Shown: positions 41,338 to 52,595 of the stretch, in pieces
Numbering within the stretch: position 1 is the stretch's first letter
How the letters are laid out: every line of letters starts with the position of its first letter
Origin: an uncultured Oscillospiraceae bacterium
GTDB taxonomy: Bacteria; Bacillota; Clostridia; Saccharofermentanales; UBA5734
Length of the DNA stretch: 64,000 bases
Assembly (NCBI GenBank): GCA_964534195.1
Contig: CAZHQX010000001.1
Coordinates: 30,474 to 94,473 of the forward strand
Direction of reading: 5' to 3'
Notes under the pieces: generated by a model
The model's database searches: none
Told to the model about the DNA's origin: nothing
The model's input: only the letters and a program-made list of their open reading frames with translations
Program-made: the position numbers and the translations under genes

Positions 41338-41716
41338 GCACGCTGACAGGAGAATCAATATTATCAGCAGTATTGCCTGGTCATTCATTGCCGCTATACT
41401 GGCGGTTATATTTTTCTATAGTCATGACCTGTCTGAAAGTTTCTATAAACTGGTTCTTGCCTTGTTGATCACGATCGTACTGATAAATATTGTTGGTTTA
41501 CTGTCATGCTTACATAAGAAAAGAAAACTTGATATTGTTAACTGGGCTATATTTCAAAGCGCTATCCTCATTCTGGCTTTATTTGCAGATAGATTCCCAA
41601 TAGCTGACCGCAAAGCTTTTTGGCTCGGTATTGTCGCAGTTTGCGCACTATATGCAACAACCAGACTGAGTTCAGCCTGGTTGTTTAAAAAGTTTGATGA
41701 TATTGAAAAGCTTTAG
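41324..41716 (+). CDS. hypothetical membrane protein (4 predicted TM segments)
   Basis: Hydrophobic ORF that overlaps coaE by 14 nt. No motif recognised. Confidence 0.45.
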   Translation: MKLNEHADRRINIISSIAWSFIAAILAVIFFYSHDLSESFYKLVLALLITIVLINIVGLLSCLHKKRKLDIVNWAIFQSAILILALFADRFPIADRKAFWLGIVAVCALYATTRLSSAWLFKKFDDIEKL

Positions 41717-41764
41717 AATTCAAACCTAGTTCATCAAATAATTATTTATTAAGCATTGGATCTG

Positions 41765-42856
41765 TTATACATTGAAGCGGAAAAGCACGATATCACCATC
41801 CTGCATGATGTATTCTTTGCCTTCTGATCTGACTAATCCCTTTTCTCTGGCGTGGGCATAGGTTCCGCTAGCCATCAGATCACTATAATTTACTACCTCA
41901 GCCCTGATGAAGCCTTTTTCAAAATCGCTGTGGATCTTGCCGGCAGCCTGAGGTGCTTTGGTTCCTTTTTCGATGGTCCAGGCACGTACCTCTTGCGGGC
42001 CTGCTGTCAGATAGGACATCAATCCCAACAGATCATAGCCTGCGTGAATAATCTTGTCGAGGCCGCTCTCATCAAGCCCAAGATCTTGTAGAAACAACTG
42101 TTTCTCTTCATCATCAAGCATTGAAAGCTCTTCCTCGATCTTCGCACTGATCACAACGACCTCGGCCTTCTCATCAGCAGCGATCTGTCTGACTGTTTTT
42201 ACATATTCCGGCTCGGTACCACCAAGCTCATCCTCATTGATATTAGCAGCGTAGAGCACGGGCTTGAAGGTTAGCAGAAACAGGTCGTCACAGTAATTTT
42301 TCTCATCCTCACTTATATCAAGTGTACGCGCAGGCTTGCCTGATTCAAGATGCATAGTCAGCCTCTCGTAAAAGGCGGCCTCTGCCTGATGCTTCTTATC
42401 TCCGCCTTTCAGCAGCTTTTTTACTTTGTCGAGTCTTCTGTCCATATATTCCATATCGGATAATATCAATTCAAGATTTATGGTTTCGATATCGCGTGCC
42501 GGATCAGTTTGGCCGTCCACATGCATGACATCCTCATCATCAAAGCAGCGAACCACATGTACAATAGCGTCAACCTCACGGATATTAGCAAGAAATTTGT
42601 TGCCTAGTCCCTCTCCCTTGCTCGCACCACGGACCAGACCGGCAATATCAACAAACTCTATCGTTGCAGGTGTGATTTTCTCAGGCTTATACATTTCCGC
42701 AAGCGCATCCAAACGGCTATCCGGAACAGCAACCACACCCACATTTGGCTCAATAGTACAGAAGGCATAATTGGCTACCGCAGCCCCTGCCTTGGTTATC
42801 GCATTGAACAGTGTGCTTTTGCCGACATTTGGCAATCCTACTATTCCTAAACGCAT
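41765..42856 (-). CDS. ychF: redox-regulated ATPase YchF
   Basis: '[16 protein letters not shown]' and the C-terminal TGS-like '[11 protein letters not shown]'. Confidence 0.95.
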   Translation of the reverse strand: MRLGIVGLPNVGKSTLFNAITKAGAAVANYAFCTIEPNVGVVAVPDSRLDALAEMYKPEKITPATIEFVDIAGLVRGASKGEGLGNKFLANIREVDAIVHVVRCFDDEDVMHVDGQTDPARDIETINLELILSDMEYMDRRLDKVKKLLKGGDKKHQAEAAFYERLTMHLESGKPARTLDISEDEKNYCDDLFLLTFKPVLYAANINEDELGGTEPEYVKTVRQIAADEKAEVVVISAKIEEELSMLDDEEKQLFLQDLGLDESGLDKIIHAGYDLLGLMSYLTAGPQEVRAWTIEKGTKAPQAAGKIHSDFEKGFIRAEVVNYSDLMASGTYAHAREKGLVRSEGKEYIMQDGDIVLFRFNV

Positions 42857-43054
42857 TCTTCATTCCTCCAATTTCAAATCTACCTCAGGTATTATGTCAG
42901 ATTCAGACAGAACAGGCAACCTGAATGGCCATATATCTTGATGATATCGCGAAAAGCGTACTAGCTGTGACAGATATTGTCTGTTTTTGACATGCAAACA
43001 AAGTTTTTGCACTGATTTTGTAAGCTATCATCAAACAGATTGGAGTTGATAGTA

Positions 43055-44701
43055 ATGGACGATGTTAAGTATGGCAGAGTGATTTCATGTGCGCTGAGCG
43101 GAATTGAAGGTATTCTTATTGAAATTGAGGTTTCACTTCTGCCTGGTCTTCCTCATTTCGAAATCGTAGGGTTAGGCGATTGTGCTGTTAGAGAATCTCG
43201 TAACCGGGTCTTTGCGGCGATCAAGAACAGCGGATATAGCTTCCCTCAGGGAAGACTAACGGCCAGTTATGCTCCTGCCTGGCTCAGAAAAGAGGGAACA
43301 GGTTTCGACCTGGCGTTGGCGCTGGCAATTCTAATTGCTTCAAAACAGCTGAAAATCGGTCCGGATAAGCAACCTGTCTGTGTTATCGGAGAGTTAAGTC
43401 TCACAGGTGAAGTAAAACCATTGCCTGGTGTTATTTGCAGAGTCGGTGCATGCGTCAATAGAGGAATAGAAGAGATCATAGTACCCGCTCAAAACTATAA
43501 TGAAGCAGTCGGTATTAATGACAGTAAACCATATCCGGTAAGAAGCCTTAGAGCCGCTGCTGCTATCATGGCGCGTGGATCAAATCAAAGAGAAGCAACT
43601 GCAAAGAAAATGTTAAATGATACCGTAAGGCAAGATAGCATTTTTGCGAATAGTAGTGTCAGTTTCAATCAAATGACAGGATCTGCGGATGACGTTTCTG
43701 CGGATGATGGTAACGATAATGATATTTTGAATCAGTTCAGTTCTATTGCCGGACAACAAAGAGCCGTCAGAGGTTTGATATTAAGTGCTGCAGGCTGGCA
43801 TCATACGCTGATGCTTGGCTCACCAGGCTGCGGCAAAACAACACTCGCACGTTGTCTGCCGGCCTTGCTTCCAGATATGGAACCAGATGAAGCCAGAGAA
43901 GTTACGATGATCCGCAGTACTGCCGGATTAACTGGAGAAAACTCACACATTGTTAAGACAAGACCCTTTGAGGCCCCTCACTATACTGCTACAAGAGGTG
44001 CTATGATCGGCGGTGGCTCATCTCCATATCCCGGACTCTGCAGTCTTGCCCATCAAGGAGTGTTGTTTCTTGACGAATTGACTCATTTCTCTTCTGATGT
44101 GCTTGATAGCTTGAGACAACCTCTAGAAGAGGGTGTTGTGAACATATCAAGATTCAATTATCGTATCAGCTGGCCAGCTGATTTTTTGCTGGCTGGAGCT
44201 GCCAATCCTTGCCAATGCGGCAATTTATTCGAAACAAACGGTAAATGCAGATGCAGTGCTGAAAGCGTTAACAGACATCTGAGCAGAATTAGTGGACCTA
44301 TGCTGGACAGGATGGATCTGACAATTGAAATGACCAGATTAAAAACACTTGAGCTGCCTTCAAGTGTAAGCAGACAGATCTCGATTGAACCTGCGCTCAT
44401 TGCCAGACAAACTGTCAGCAGATGCTGGCAACTGCAAAAAGAGCGTTGCCGGGAGCATGGTATTGAGCCTATACAAAACGGACGTGTATCGGGCAGAAAT
44501 ATCGCTGAGCTATTTGATATATCTCAAGAAATACTTGAATATACAGCGCTTGCTTCAGAAAGGCTAAACATTTCTGCAAGAGGCTATATAAAAGCACTTA
44601 AGCTCGCAAGGACGATTGCTGATATTGAAAACGATGACAAGATTGAGCAGGAGCATATAAATGAAGCATTACAATACAGACTATATTCAAGCAGACATTG
44701 A
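43055..44701 (+). CDS. comM: YifB/ComM family Mg-chelatase-like AAA+ ATPase
   Basis: Lon-protease-like N-terminal domain, Walker A 'GSPGCGKTT', and 'GVLFLDEL'. ATG 43055 is preferred over the TTG at 43040. Confidence 0.9.
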   Translation: MDDVKYGRVISCALSGIEGILIEIEVSLLPGLPHFEIVGLGDCAVRESRNRVFAAIKNSGYSFPQGRLTASYAPAWLRKEGTGFDLALALAILIASKQLKIGPDKQPVCVIGELSLTGEVKPLPGVICRVGACVNRGIEEIIVPAQNYNEAVGINDSKPYPVRSLRAAAAIMARGSNQREATAKKMLNDTVRQDSIFANSSVSFNQMTGSADDVSADDGNDNDILNQFSSIAGQQRAVRGLILSAAGWHHTLMLGSPGCGKTTLARCLPALLPDMEPDEAREVTMIRSTAGLTGENSHIVKTRPFEAPHYTATRGAMIGGGSSPYPGLCSLAHQGVLFLDELTHFSSDVLDSLRQPLEEGVVNISRFNYRISWPADFLLAGAANPCQCGNLFETNGKCRCSAESVNRHLSRISGPMLDRMDLTIEMTRLKTLELPSSVSRQISIEPALIARQTVSRCWQLQKERCREHGIEPIQNGRVSGRNIAELFDISQEILEYTALASERLNISARGYIKALKLARTIADIENDDKIEQEHINEALQYRLYSSRH

Positions 44702-45959
44702 AGGAAAAGGCGTTTCAGATAATCTGGATATTAGTGGAATCAAGCTGGCAAAATCGATCTGGTACATAGAGCTATGCAGACGTTTTCAGATGCCTAATCG
44801 TTTGCAAATCAGAATATTACGCTGCTGTGGTGGCAGCAATGCATTGTGGAGCTGTGACATCAGAAAGATTTTTTCCGGAATAAGAGCATATCCGCACAGC
44901 TGCCAAGACTGCTTTTACCAGAATGTCTGCCAGGAATTGAGCAGCAAAGAAATGAAATTTATGGCCGGCAGACTTAAGGATTTTTTCAGTGAATGGCCGG
45001 TTACAAGCCTGCGCGATGATGCCACTGTTAGGGCAGAAAAATATCAAGGTCGAAATATTTATTCGATTGATATAACAGACAGCCTGTATCCGACAAATCT
45101 TATGAACATAAGCGGTTATCCGGCAATTCTGTTTTGCGAAGGTGACGGTTTGCGTAAATTAAATAGTTCACCTCTGAGAATAACTATTGTTGGGACAAGG
45201 GAACCAACGCCATATGGGCTAAAGGCGACTGAAATGATAACAAGAGTTTTAGCTGATCATGAATGTACGATCATCAGTGGTCTTGCCAAAGGTGTAGATG
45301 CTATGGCTCATAAGATCACGCTTGAAAAAAACGGATATACCGCTGCTGTAACAGCTGGAGGCACTGATATATATTATCCTTATCAAAACAAGCAGCTGCA
45401 GCAGGAGATCGCGGCCAAGGGTGTAATAGTTAGTGAACATCCACCGGGCACCAAGCCGATCAAGTATTTTTTCCCGGCTCGGAACAGAATACTTAGCGGA
45501 CTGGCTGATGTTGTAATTGTAACTGAGTCTCCTGAACATAGTGGTACACTGATCACTACATCCTTCGCGACTGATCAGAGCCGTGAGGTATATGCTGTGC
45601 CAGGGAACATTATTCAAACAACAAGCCGGGGCTGCAACAGACTGATAATTGATGGCGCCGCACTGCTTGATGAACCAGGCCAGATTATCGAGCGATATGC
45701 TCTTCAACCGCGAAATAAGGATAATATTCCGCAAGGCGGCCACAAATCGACACATCGCAGTCAAGGTATCCGCAGCGATGACTTGTCAGATCATGAGGGA
45801 AGAATAGTCTCTTGTTTAAGCTCGCATGCTATGAGCTTTGATCAACTGACAATGACGCTAAAACTGCCCGTTGATCAACTTTCATCTTTAGTTACCGGAT
45901 TGGAGCTGAAAAACAAGATAGAGCGAAAAAAAGGACAATACTTTTTGACATATGATTGA
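44661..45959 (+). CDS. dprA: DNA-processing protein DprA (Smf)
   Basis: Motifs 'GLAKGVDAMAH' and 'SGTLITTSFATDQSREVYAVPG', plus a C-terminal winged-helix-like tail. ATG follows AGGAG and overlaps comM by 41 nt. Confidence 0.85.
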   Translation: MKHYNTDYIQADIEGKGVSDNLDISGIKLAKSIWYIELCRRFQMPNRLQIRILRCCGGSNALWSCDIRKIFSGIRAYPHSCQDCFYQNVCQELSSKEMKFMAGRLKDFFSEWPVTSLRDDATVRAEKYQGRNIYSIDITDSLYPTNLMNISGYPAILFCEGDGLRKLNSSPLRITIVGTREPTPYGLKATEMITRVLADHECTIISGLAKGVDAMAHKITLEKNGYTAAVTAGGTDIYYPYQNKQLQQEIAAKGVIVSEHPPGTKPIKYFFPARNRILSGLADVVIVTESPEHSGTLITTSFATDQSREVYAVPGNIIQTTSRGCNRLIIDGAALLDEPGQIIERYALQPRNKDNIPQGGHKSTHRSQGIRSDDLSDHEGRIVSCLSSHAMSFDQLTMTLKLPVDQLSSLVTGLELKNKIERKKGQYFLTYD

Positions 45960-46047
45960 ATATGAAGTATATATGTTACGTGATGCCGCCGAAATCCGAG
46001 CGTTATATATAAGCCGGATTCAATTTATATATTAAGGATGATATTAC

Positions 46048-48456
46048 ATGGGTAAAAATCTCGTAATTGTCGAGTCACCGGCAAAAGCTAAAACAATTGG
46101 ACGCTATCTGGGCAGTGATTACACGATCACTGCTTCTGTTGGACATATCCGTGATCTGCCTTCATCAACGATTGGTGTTGATGTTGAGAATGGCTTTCAG
46201 CCACGATATAAAACGATGAAAGGCAAAGAGAAGGTAATTAAAGAGCTCAAGGAGCTGGCCGCTAAATCCGAAAAAATATTTATCGCAACTGACCCTGATC
46301 GTGAGGGTGAGGCTATAGCTTGGCATATCGCGCAAGTTTTGAAGGTAGATGAAAACAGTGATTGTCGGATAACCTTTAATGAGATCACGGAATCAGCAGT
46401 CAAAAAGGCGATCTCACAACCGCGAGCGATCGACATGAAGAGAGTTAACTCACAGCAGGCCAGACGAATTCTTGACCGTCTTGTAGGCTATGAATTGAGC
46501 CCGCTGCTATGGCGTAAGGTAAGAACCGGATTATCAGCAGGCCGTGTTCAATCAGTTGCCACGCGCATGATCGTTCAGAGAGAACGTGAAATAAAAGCTT
46601 TTGTACCAGAAGAATATTGGTTGCTGACAGCCTTTTTGAAGAAGCAGGTTCAGGACCAGCCTTTTCGCAGCCGTTATCATGGAGAATGGAACGGTAAGAA
46701 GGTTGAAAAGAAAAAGATAGGCACGCTGGAAGAGATGCAGGCACTGCTCAAATCTCTTGAGAATCAGAGCTGGCAGGTACTCAAGGTCAAGAAAGGCAGT
46801 AGACAAAAACAGCCTAACGCGCCTTTTACGACTAGTACTCTTCAACAGGAAGCTTCCAGATACATGGGTTTTAGCTCGAAGCGCACTATGAGTGTGGCAC
46901 AGCAGCTTTATGAGGGTGTAGATCTTGCTGCCGGTGGTGCTACCGCGCTTGTAACATATATCAGAACTGACTCTGTTCGTGTTTCACCGGAGGCCGCTCA
47001 AGAGGCCAGAAAATATATCATGGGTGTTTATGGCGAAGAGTATCTGCCCAAATCAAATAGAATGTTTAAAAACAAGAATGCTTCACAGGACGCACATGAA
47101 GCGATCAGGCCAGCGCATTTCGATTTGGCTCCCGATAAAATCAAGAGCCAATTATCGGCTGACCAGTATCGTCTTTATAAGCTTATCTGGGATAAGTTCA
47201 TGGCATCACAAATGGCAGCAGCTATTGTTGATACAGTTACAGCAGATATTACCGCTGCCGCTAACTTGTTTAGAGTCAGTGGTGAAACCGTTAGATTCCC
47301 GGGTTGGCTCAAGCAATACGGCATAAGTGCGGAAAATGAGAATGAAGATAACGATGAGAGCGATGAACTGAAGAAGGAGACGCTGCCGGAGTTGAATGAA
47401 GGAGATATCCTTATACTCGATCAGCTCAAGCCTGAACAGAAATATACACAACCACCTGCTAGATATACAGAAGCAAGTCTGATAAAAGCTATGGAAGAGC
47501 AGGGGATCGGACGACCATCAACTTATTCGCCAACGATATCGACCATCCTTGATCGTAAATATGTTGAGAAGGACAAGAGACACTTGCTGCCTACAGATCT
47601 TGGCACTATCGTCACAGAATTGCTTGAGGCAAATTTTGACAACATAGTTGATATTTCTTTCACCGCAGATATGGAGGAAAATTTAGATACTGTTGAGTCA
47701 GGTGATGAAAATTGGGTGGAACTGCTGCAGGAATTCTATCCACCGTTCCACGAGCGGATCGAGCAAGCAAATGCCAATGTCGAAAGAGTTAAGATGCCGG
47801 AGGTGCCCACCGGAGAGAAATGTCCTGATTGTGGTGAAGGCGATCTTATGATCAAGGAAGGAAGATTCGGCAAATTCATAGCATGCTCTAATTATCCTGA
47901 ATGTAAATATACAAAGAATATTGAAGAGCAGGTTCAGGGGAAATGCCCTCTGTGCGGATCTGGCCTTGTTTCGAGAATATCGAGGAAATACAATTCAAAA
48001 TTCTATACCTGCGACAAGAAGGGCAGTGATCCTGAATGTGGTTTCATAAGCTGGAATCTGCCGATCGAAGGCAGAAGCTGTGAGGTCTGCGGCAGCTATA
48101 TGGTCTGGAAGCGTTTCAGAGGCAGAACGTATCCAAAATGCGGAAATAGAGACTGTCCAACTAATCAGAAGGCAGAGAAAAAAGCTAATGATAAGTCTGA
48201 GGCTGACAAGAAGGCAACAAAAACAACAGCAGCCAAAGCCAAAGCCAAAACTGCTAAGAAGCCAGCCAAGAAGACTACCGCGACAAAAACTGCAAAAACT
48301 TCGGCTGATAAGCCGGAAACCAAAACAACTGTAAAAGCTGGAGCCAAGAAGACAGCTGCAAAAAAATCAACGACCAAGAAAGCAACAAAAACCAGCAGCT
48401 CTGCGAAGATAAAAAAAGATGATTCTACTAAGAAAGCTGATGGAGGCGAGTCCTGA
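46048..48456 (+). CDS. topA: DNA topoisomerase I with a Lys/Ala/Thr-rich C-terminal tail
   Basis: Toprim 'LVIVESPAKAKTI', active-site 'YIRTDS', three C4 zinc ribbons, and a ~95-aa basic tail. Confidence 0.95.
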   Translation: MGKNLVIVESPAKAKTIGRYLGSDYTITASVGHIRDLPSSTIGVDVENGFQPRYKTMKGKEKVIKELKELAAKSEKIFIATDPDREGEAIAWHIAQVLKVDENSDCRITFNEITESAVKKAISQPRAIDMKRVNSQQARRILDRLVGYELSPLLWRKVRTGLSAGRVQSVATRMIVQREREIKAFVPEEYWLLTAFLKKQVQDQPFRSRYHGEWNGKKVEKKKIGTLEEMQALLKSLENQSWQVLKVKKGSRQKQPNAPFTTSTLQQEASRYMGFSSKRTMSVAQQLYEGVDLAAGGATALVTYIRTDSVRVSPEAAQEARKYIMGVYGEEYLPKSNRMFKNKNASQDAHEAIRPAHFDLAPDKIKSQLSADQYRLYKLIWDKFMASQMAAAIVDTVTADITAAANLFRVSGETVRFPGWLKQYGISAENENEDNDESDELKKETLPELNEGDILILDQLKPEQKYTQPPARYTEASLIKAMEEQGIGRPSTYSPTISTILDRKYVEKDKRHLLPTDLGTIVTELLEANFDNIVDISFTADMEENLDTVESGDENWVELLQEFYPPFHERIEQANANVERVKMPEVPTGEKCPDCGEGDLMIKEGRFGKFIACSNYPECKYTKNIEEQVQGKCPLCGSGLVSRISRKYNSKFYTCDKKGSDPECGFISWNLPIEGRSCEVCGSYMVWKRFRGRTYPKCGNRDCPTNQKAEKKANDKSEADKKATKTTAAKAKAKTAKKPAKKTTATKTAKTSADKPETKTTVKAGAKKTAAKKSTTKKATKTSSSAKIKKDDSTKKADGGES

Positions 48457-49799
48457 TGACTGAAGTGACAGTAATTGGTGCTGGGCTTGCAGGTTGTGAA
48501 GCAGCATGGCAGCTGGCAGAAGCTGGTATATCAGTTAAATTGATTGAGATGAAACCCAAGCAGATGACGCCGGCCCATCATAGTACTGATTATGCGGAAC
48601 TGGTATGCAGCAACTCCCTGAGAGCTTCTCGGCTGGAAAATGCTGTAGGCTTGTTAAAAGAAGAGATGAGACGATTAGGATCTCTGATCATATCATGTGC
48701 CGACCAAACTGCTGTTCCTGCTGGTGGAGCTTTGGCTGTCGACCGTGAGGTTTTTTCCAAGCTGGTAACTGATAAAATAAGAAATCATCCGCGAATTGAA
48801 ATGATCAATGAAAGAATAGATCATATTCCCGGGAGAGGACTTACTATCATCGCGACCGGTCCTCTTACAGAGGGTGATCTTTTTACTGATATCCAGCATT
48901 TTCTTGGTGCAGATACGCTGCACTTTTTTGACGCAGCCGCACCGATAGTAACGGCAGAATCGATTGATCATTCGATAGCCTTCAGACAATCCAGATATGA
49001 CCGTGGTGGTGCGGACTATATTAACTGTCCGTTTAACCAAGAAGAGTATCAGAAATTCTATGATGCTCTTATTACGGCTGAGCTTGCAGATGTTCATGAT
49101 TTTGACCGGGAAATTGTTTTTGAAGGCTGCATGCCAATTGAGACAATGGCCAAGAGGGGACGAGATACAATACGTTTTGGACCTTTGAAGCCAGTTGGCC
49201 TGCGAGATCCCCGCACAGGCAGAGAACCTTATGCCTGTGTCCAGCTCAGGCAGGATGATCAAGCCGCTAGTCTTTATAACATAGTTGGTTTTCAAACAAG
49301 GCTTAAGTTTCCAGAACAACGCAGGGTCTTCAGAATGATTCCAGGACTTGAGAACGCAGAATTCGAGCGTTTAGGCGTGATGCACCGTAATACATTTATT
49401 AATTCCCCGATGGCACTTAATTCCGATTACAGCTGCAAAATAAGGGAGGATTTGTATTTTGCCGGTCAGATGACAGGAGTAGAAGGATATGTTGAATCAG
49501 CAGCCTCAGGTTTGCTGGCTGGTTGGCAGGCTGCGCTTCAGGCGCGGGGTATCGCAGCCGCTGAACGTATGAAGCAGATTCCTGACAGGCACACGGTTAT
49601 TGGTGCGATGGCACAGTATATATCATCTGCTGATGAGAATAACTTCCAGCCGATGAATGCTAATTTTGGTTTGGTGGCCGCACCTGAACGTAAGTTCAAA
49701 GGCAAGGCTGCACGAATACAGGCAGTGATAGCGGAATCTCTCGAGCAAATTGACCGTTTGGCTAGTCTGCGTTATAATTTTTTGACTGAAGAAAAATAG
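48456..49799 (+). CDS. trmFO: methylenetetrahydrofolate--tRNA-(uracil54-C5)-methyltransferase TrmFO
   Basis: FAD motif 'VIGAGLAGCEAAWQLA' and 'MHRNTFINSP'. Conserved dprA-topA-trmFO synteny. Confidence 0.95.
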   Translation: MTEVTVIGAGLAGCEAAWQLAEAGISVKLIEMKPKQMTPAHHSTDYAELVCSNSLRASRLENAVGLLKEEMRRLGSLIISCADQTAVPAGGALAVDREVFSKLVTDKIRNHPRIEMINERIDHIPGRGLTIIATGPLTEGDLFTDIQHFLGADTLHFFDAAAPIVTAESIDHSIAFRQSRYDRGGADYINCPFNQEEYQKFYDALITAELADVHDFDREIVFEGCMPIETMAKRGRDTIRFGPLKPVGLRDPRTGREPYACVQLRQDDQAASLYNIVGFQTRLKFPEQRRVFRMIPGLENAEFERLGVMHRNTFINSPMALNSDYSCKIREDLYFAGQMTGVEGYVESAASGLLAGWQAALQARGIAAAERMKQIPDRHTVIGAMAQYISSADENNFQPMNANFGLVAAPERKFKGKAARIQAVIAESLEQIDRLASLRYNFLTEEK

Positions 49800-49828
49800 A
49801 TATTATTAGAACCCGACGGAGGCAGATA

Positions 49829-50776
49829 ATGGCTGGTATTTTTGGATTCATGAATTATAACAAAGAAGGGAAGGGCGTCAATCCTGAGGACTTGGACCGC
49901 GGACCGCTACCGACTTTTTTTGGAATTATAGGTCGTAAATTCTGGAAGCTCATTCCGATAAATATGCTTTATGTATTATTTAGTCTACCGGCTTTGGTTC
50001 TGGCTTTTTTCGGCAGCTCCTACTTAGTTCAGGCCATATTTCCCGGTTTGGATATGTCTTTGGTTGAATCAGCTGTGGGTACAGCCCAGGACGCAGATCA
50101 AGCTTTAGCACTTCAAGTGTTTGAGATGACGATAATTTTCTTACTGTTTGCCATGATGCTGGCTGGCCTGGCACTCGTAATAGTTGGTCCGGTACATGCA
50201 GGAATTGTGTATGTTTTACGTAACTATTCACGTGAGGAACATTCATTTATATGGTCTGATTTCAAAGAACATGCATTATCAAATTTCAAACAATCTTTGG
50301 CATCCGGTACGATCAGCCTGATAGTGACTGTAATATTCGTTGTAAATCTATATTTTTATCGTCAAACTGATTTCGTCAGCAATGATATGCTCCGGTCAAT
50401 TCTACTGACCGTAATAGTGTTAATGTTCGCGATCTGGTGCATTATGCAGATGTATCTTTACCCCATGATGGTGACATTCAAACTTACTCTAAAGCAAATG
50501 TATAAGAACAGCTTTTTCTTCGCTATCCTCAAGCTGCCAATGAATATTCTTATGCTTTTCCTGTCGTTGGTATTAATGCTGATTGGTCCAGCTGTTCTAT
50601 TGTTCACAAATGTTGGCATTGCCTTTATTGTGGCTGTTTTCTGGTATATGCTGCTTGCATTTGCTATCAACACGCTGATGTTGACCTTCTATGCTTATCG
50701 TGGTCTCGATAAATATATGCTTAGCAAGATAAATGAAGGCGATAACGCAGATATTGAAAATGATCCCACGATCTAG
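49829..50776 (+). CDS. YesL/DUF624 family membrane protein
   Basis: N-terminal 'FFGIIGRKFWKLIPINMLYVLFSLP' and a polytopic profile are typical of DUF624 (family recalled from memory). Confidence 0.65.
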   Translation: MAGIFGFMNYNKEGKGVNPEDLDRGPLPTFFGIIGRKFWKLIPINMLYVLFSLPALVLAFFGSSYLVQAIFPGLDMSLVESAVGTAQDADQALALQVFEMTIIFLLFAMMLAGLALVIVGPVHAGIVYVLRNYSREEHSFIWSDFKEHALSNFKQSLASGTISLIVTVIFVVNLYFYRQTDFVSNDMLRSILLTVIVLMFAIWCIMQMYLYPMMVTFKLTLKQMYKNSFFFAILKLPMNILMLFLSLVLMLIGPAVLLFTNVGIAFIVAVFWYMLLAFAINTLMLTFYAYRGLDKYMLSKINEGDNADIENDPTI

Positions 50777-50812
50777 AAACACAGTATCTTTTTTATAACG
50801 ACTTATGAACGC

Positions 50813-50850
50813 AAAAAGAGGCCTGGTCAATAAAATTGATCAGGCCTCTT
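50813..50850 (-). terminator. rho-independent terminator for dapB, possibly bidirectional
   Basis: 14-bp stem AGAGGCCTGGTCAA / TTGATCAGGCCTCT. The A5 run on the + side reads as a T-run on the - strand. Confidence 0.75.
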
Positions 50851-50864
50851 AATATGACTATGCA

Positions 50865-51626
50865 TTAAATACTTTTGTTTATAAGCTCTTTCATGCTGTA
50901 CATACCGGGTTGCTTCCCGGCCATGAATCTTGCTGCTGCCAGGGCGCCTCTCGCGAAAACATCTCTGGATTGAGCACTATGGTGAATAGAAAGAGTTTCC
51001 TCTCCACCAGCAAATATGACGGTGTGCTCTCCAACGATAGTACCGCCGCGGATCGCATGTAATCCGAGCTCCTTGGACCCGCGCTTCTCGCGCTTGCCGC
51101 TGCGGTCGTATGTGTACTCGAGAATATGGTCTAGCTCTTCATTTAGTTCGTCTGCTATCATCAGAGCAGTGCCGGATGGAGCATCAACCTTTTGCTTATG
51201 GTGAGCTTCCACAATTTCAAGATCAAAATCAGGGTAAAGCAGTGAAGCCGCCTGTCTGGCCAGGTGAATCAAAATATTGATTCCGAGAGACATGTTCGCA
51301 GAAACAAAAATTGCTTGATTCTTACTTAATTCAGCGATTTCCGCCTTTATTTCGTCTGTCAGACCTGTCGTACAGATTACTGCCGGTTTGCCGGTCTTGC
51401 GCAGAAGCGTGAATAATTCTGGCAAAGCTGCCGGAATAGAAAAATCAATTACAACATCAAAATCCACATCACATTCAGAGGCCTTCTCAAAAACAGGGAA
51501 GCCTGCTGACATGTCTTGCTTTATATCGCTGCCTGCTGCGATCTTGAGATCATCGCTCTCATTGACCAAGGTAGTAATTACTTTGCCCATTCTGCCCATA
51601 CAACCACTTAAAAAAATTGAAATCAT
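50865..51626 (-). CDS. dapB: 4-hydroxy-tetrahydrodipicolinate reductase
   Basis: 'GCMGRMGK' NAD(P) motif and 'EAHHKQKVDAPSGTA'. Confidence 0.9.
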   Translation of the reverse strand: MISIFLSGCMGRMGKVITTLVNESDDLKIAAGSDIKQDMSAGFPVFEKASECDVDFDVVIDFSIPAALPELFTLLRKTGKPAVICTTGLTDEIKAEIAELSKNQAIFVSANMSLGINILIHLARQAASLLYPDFDLEIVEAHHKQKVDAPSGTALMIADELNEELDHILEYTYDRSGKREKRGSKELGLHAIRGGTIVGEHTVIFAGGEETLSIHHSAQSRDVFARGALAAARFMAGKQPGMYSMKELINKSI

Positions 51627-51639
51627 AATGTCCTCCAGG

Positions 51640-52518
51640 TCAGATCAGATTATAGAGTGCCAGTGCGCTGCGTATTTTCTCCAGATTCTCAGCAGATGGA
51701 TCAGTCAAAGGCATTCTGCAGGGGCCAACATTCATTCCCATTAGATTCATGGCGGCTTTTACCGGGATAGGATTGACATCACAGAACAAAGCCCTGATCA
51801 AAGGCATAAGCTTGATCTGAATGCTTCTTGCTTCGTCATGTCTGCCGTTCATCCAGCTGTTGACAATATTATGTACCTGCTCAGGCATTATGTTTGCCGC
51901 AACTGATATAACACCAAGTCCACCATATGAGAGCATCGGCACGACCATCGGATCTTCACCGGTGTATAGGTTAAGCTGATCCTTGCACTGATAAACGATA
52001 TCAGGTACCTGATCGAGGTTGCATTCCTTGACTCCATTGATATTGGGAATGGCACTTAGACGCTTATAGGTTTGCGGAGCGATATTCAGCGCTGTTCTTG
52101 AGGGTACATTGTAGAGAATGACCGGCTTGTCAGAAGCCTCTGCGACAAGCTTGAAATGCTGATAAAGACCCTCCTGAGAGCATTTGTTGTAATATGGGGT
52201 TACACTTAGTATCGCGTCGGTACCAAGTTCGCAGGCACGTTTGGCTAGTTCAACTGCATGAATCGTATCATTGCTGCCGGTACCGGCAATAACAGGTAAA
52301 CGACCATTTACCGCCTTAACAACATGGTCGATCGCCGAGAGATGCTCAGCATCAGGCATGGTTGAGGCTTCGCCGGTGGTTCCTGCTACCAGGATAGCGT
52401 CAGTTTTATTCTTGATGTGAAATTCACACAACTCAGTTAACTTCTCAAAGTTGATACCTTTATCCGTAAATGGCGTTACGATAGCTACAGCTGAGCCAGT
52501 AAATACGGGTTTCTTCAT
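51640..52518 (-). CDS. dapA: 4-hydroxy-tetrahydrodipicolinate synthase
   Basis: 'GSAVAIVTPF', 'GTTGEASTM' and 'YNVPSRT'. Start trimmed to ATG 52518, which follows GGAGGA; the track ORF extends to 52602. Confidence 0.95.
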   Translation of the reverse strand: MKKPVFTGSAVAIVTPFTDKGINFEKLTELCEFHIKNKTDAILVAGTTGEASTMPDAEHLSAIDHVVKAVNGRLPVIAGTGSNDTIHAVELAKRACELGTDAILSVTPYYNKCSQEGLYQHFKLVAEASDKPVILYNVPSRTALNIAPQTYKRLSAIPNINGVKECNLDQVPDIVYQCKDQLNLYTGEDPMVVPMLSYGGLGVISVAANIMPEQVHNIVNSWMNGRHDEARSIQIKLMPLIRALFCDVNPIPVKAAMNLMGMNVGPCRMPLTDPSAENLEKIRSALALYNLI

Positions 52519-52595
52519 AGTGATTTCCTCCAGTAATATTGGCCATATCCGGCCTGTTTCTGTCTGTGGGAACAAAAAATATGTACCCTCTAAGA

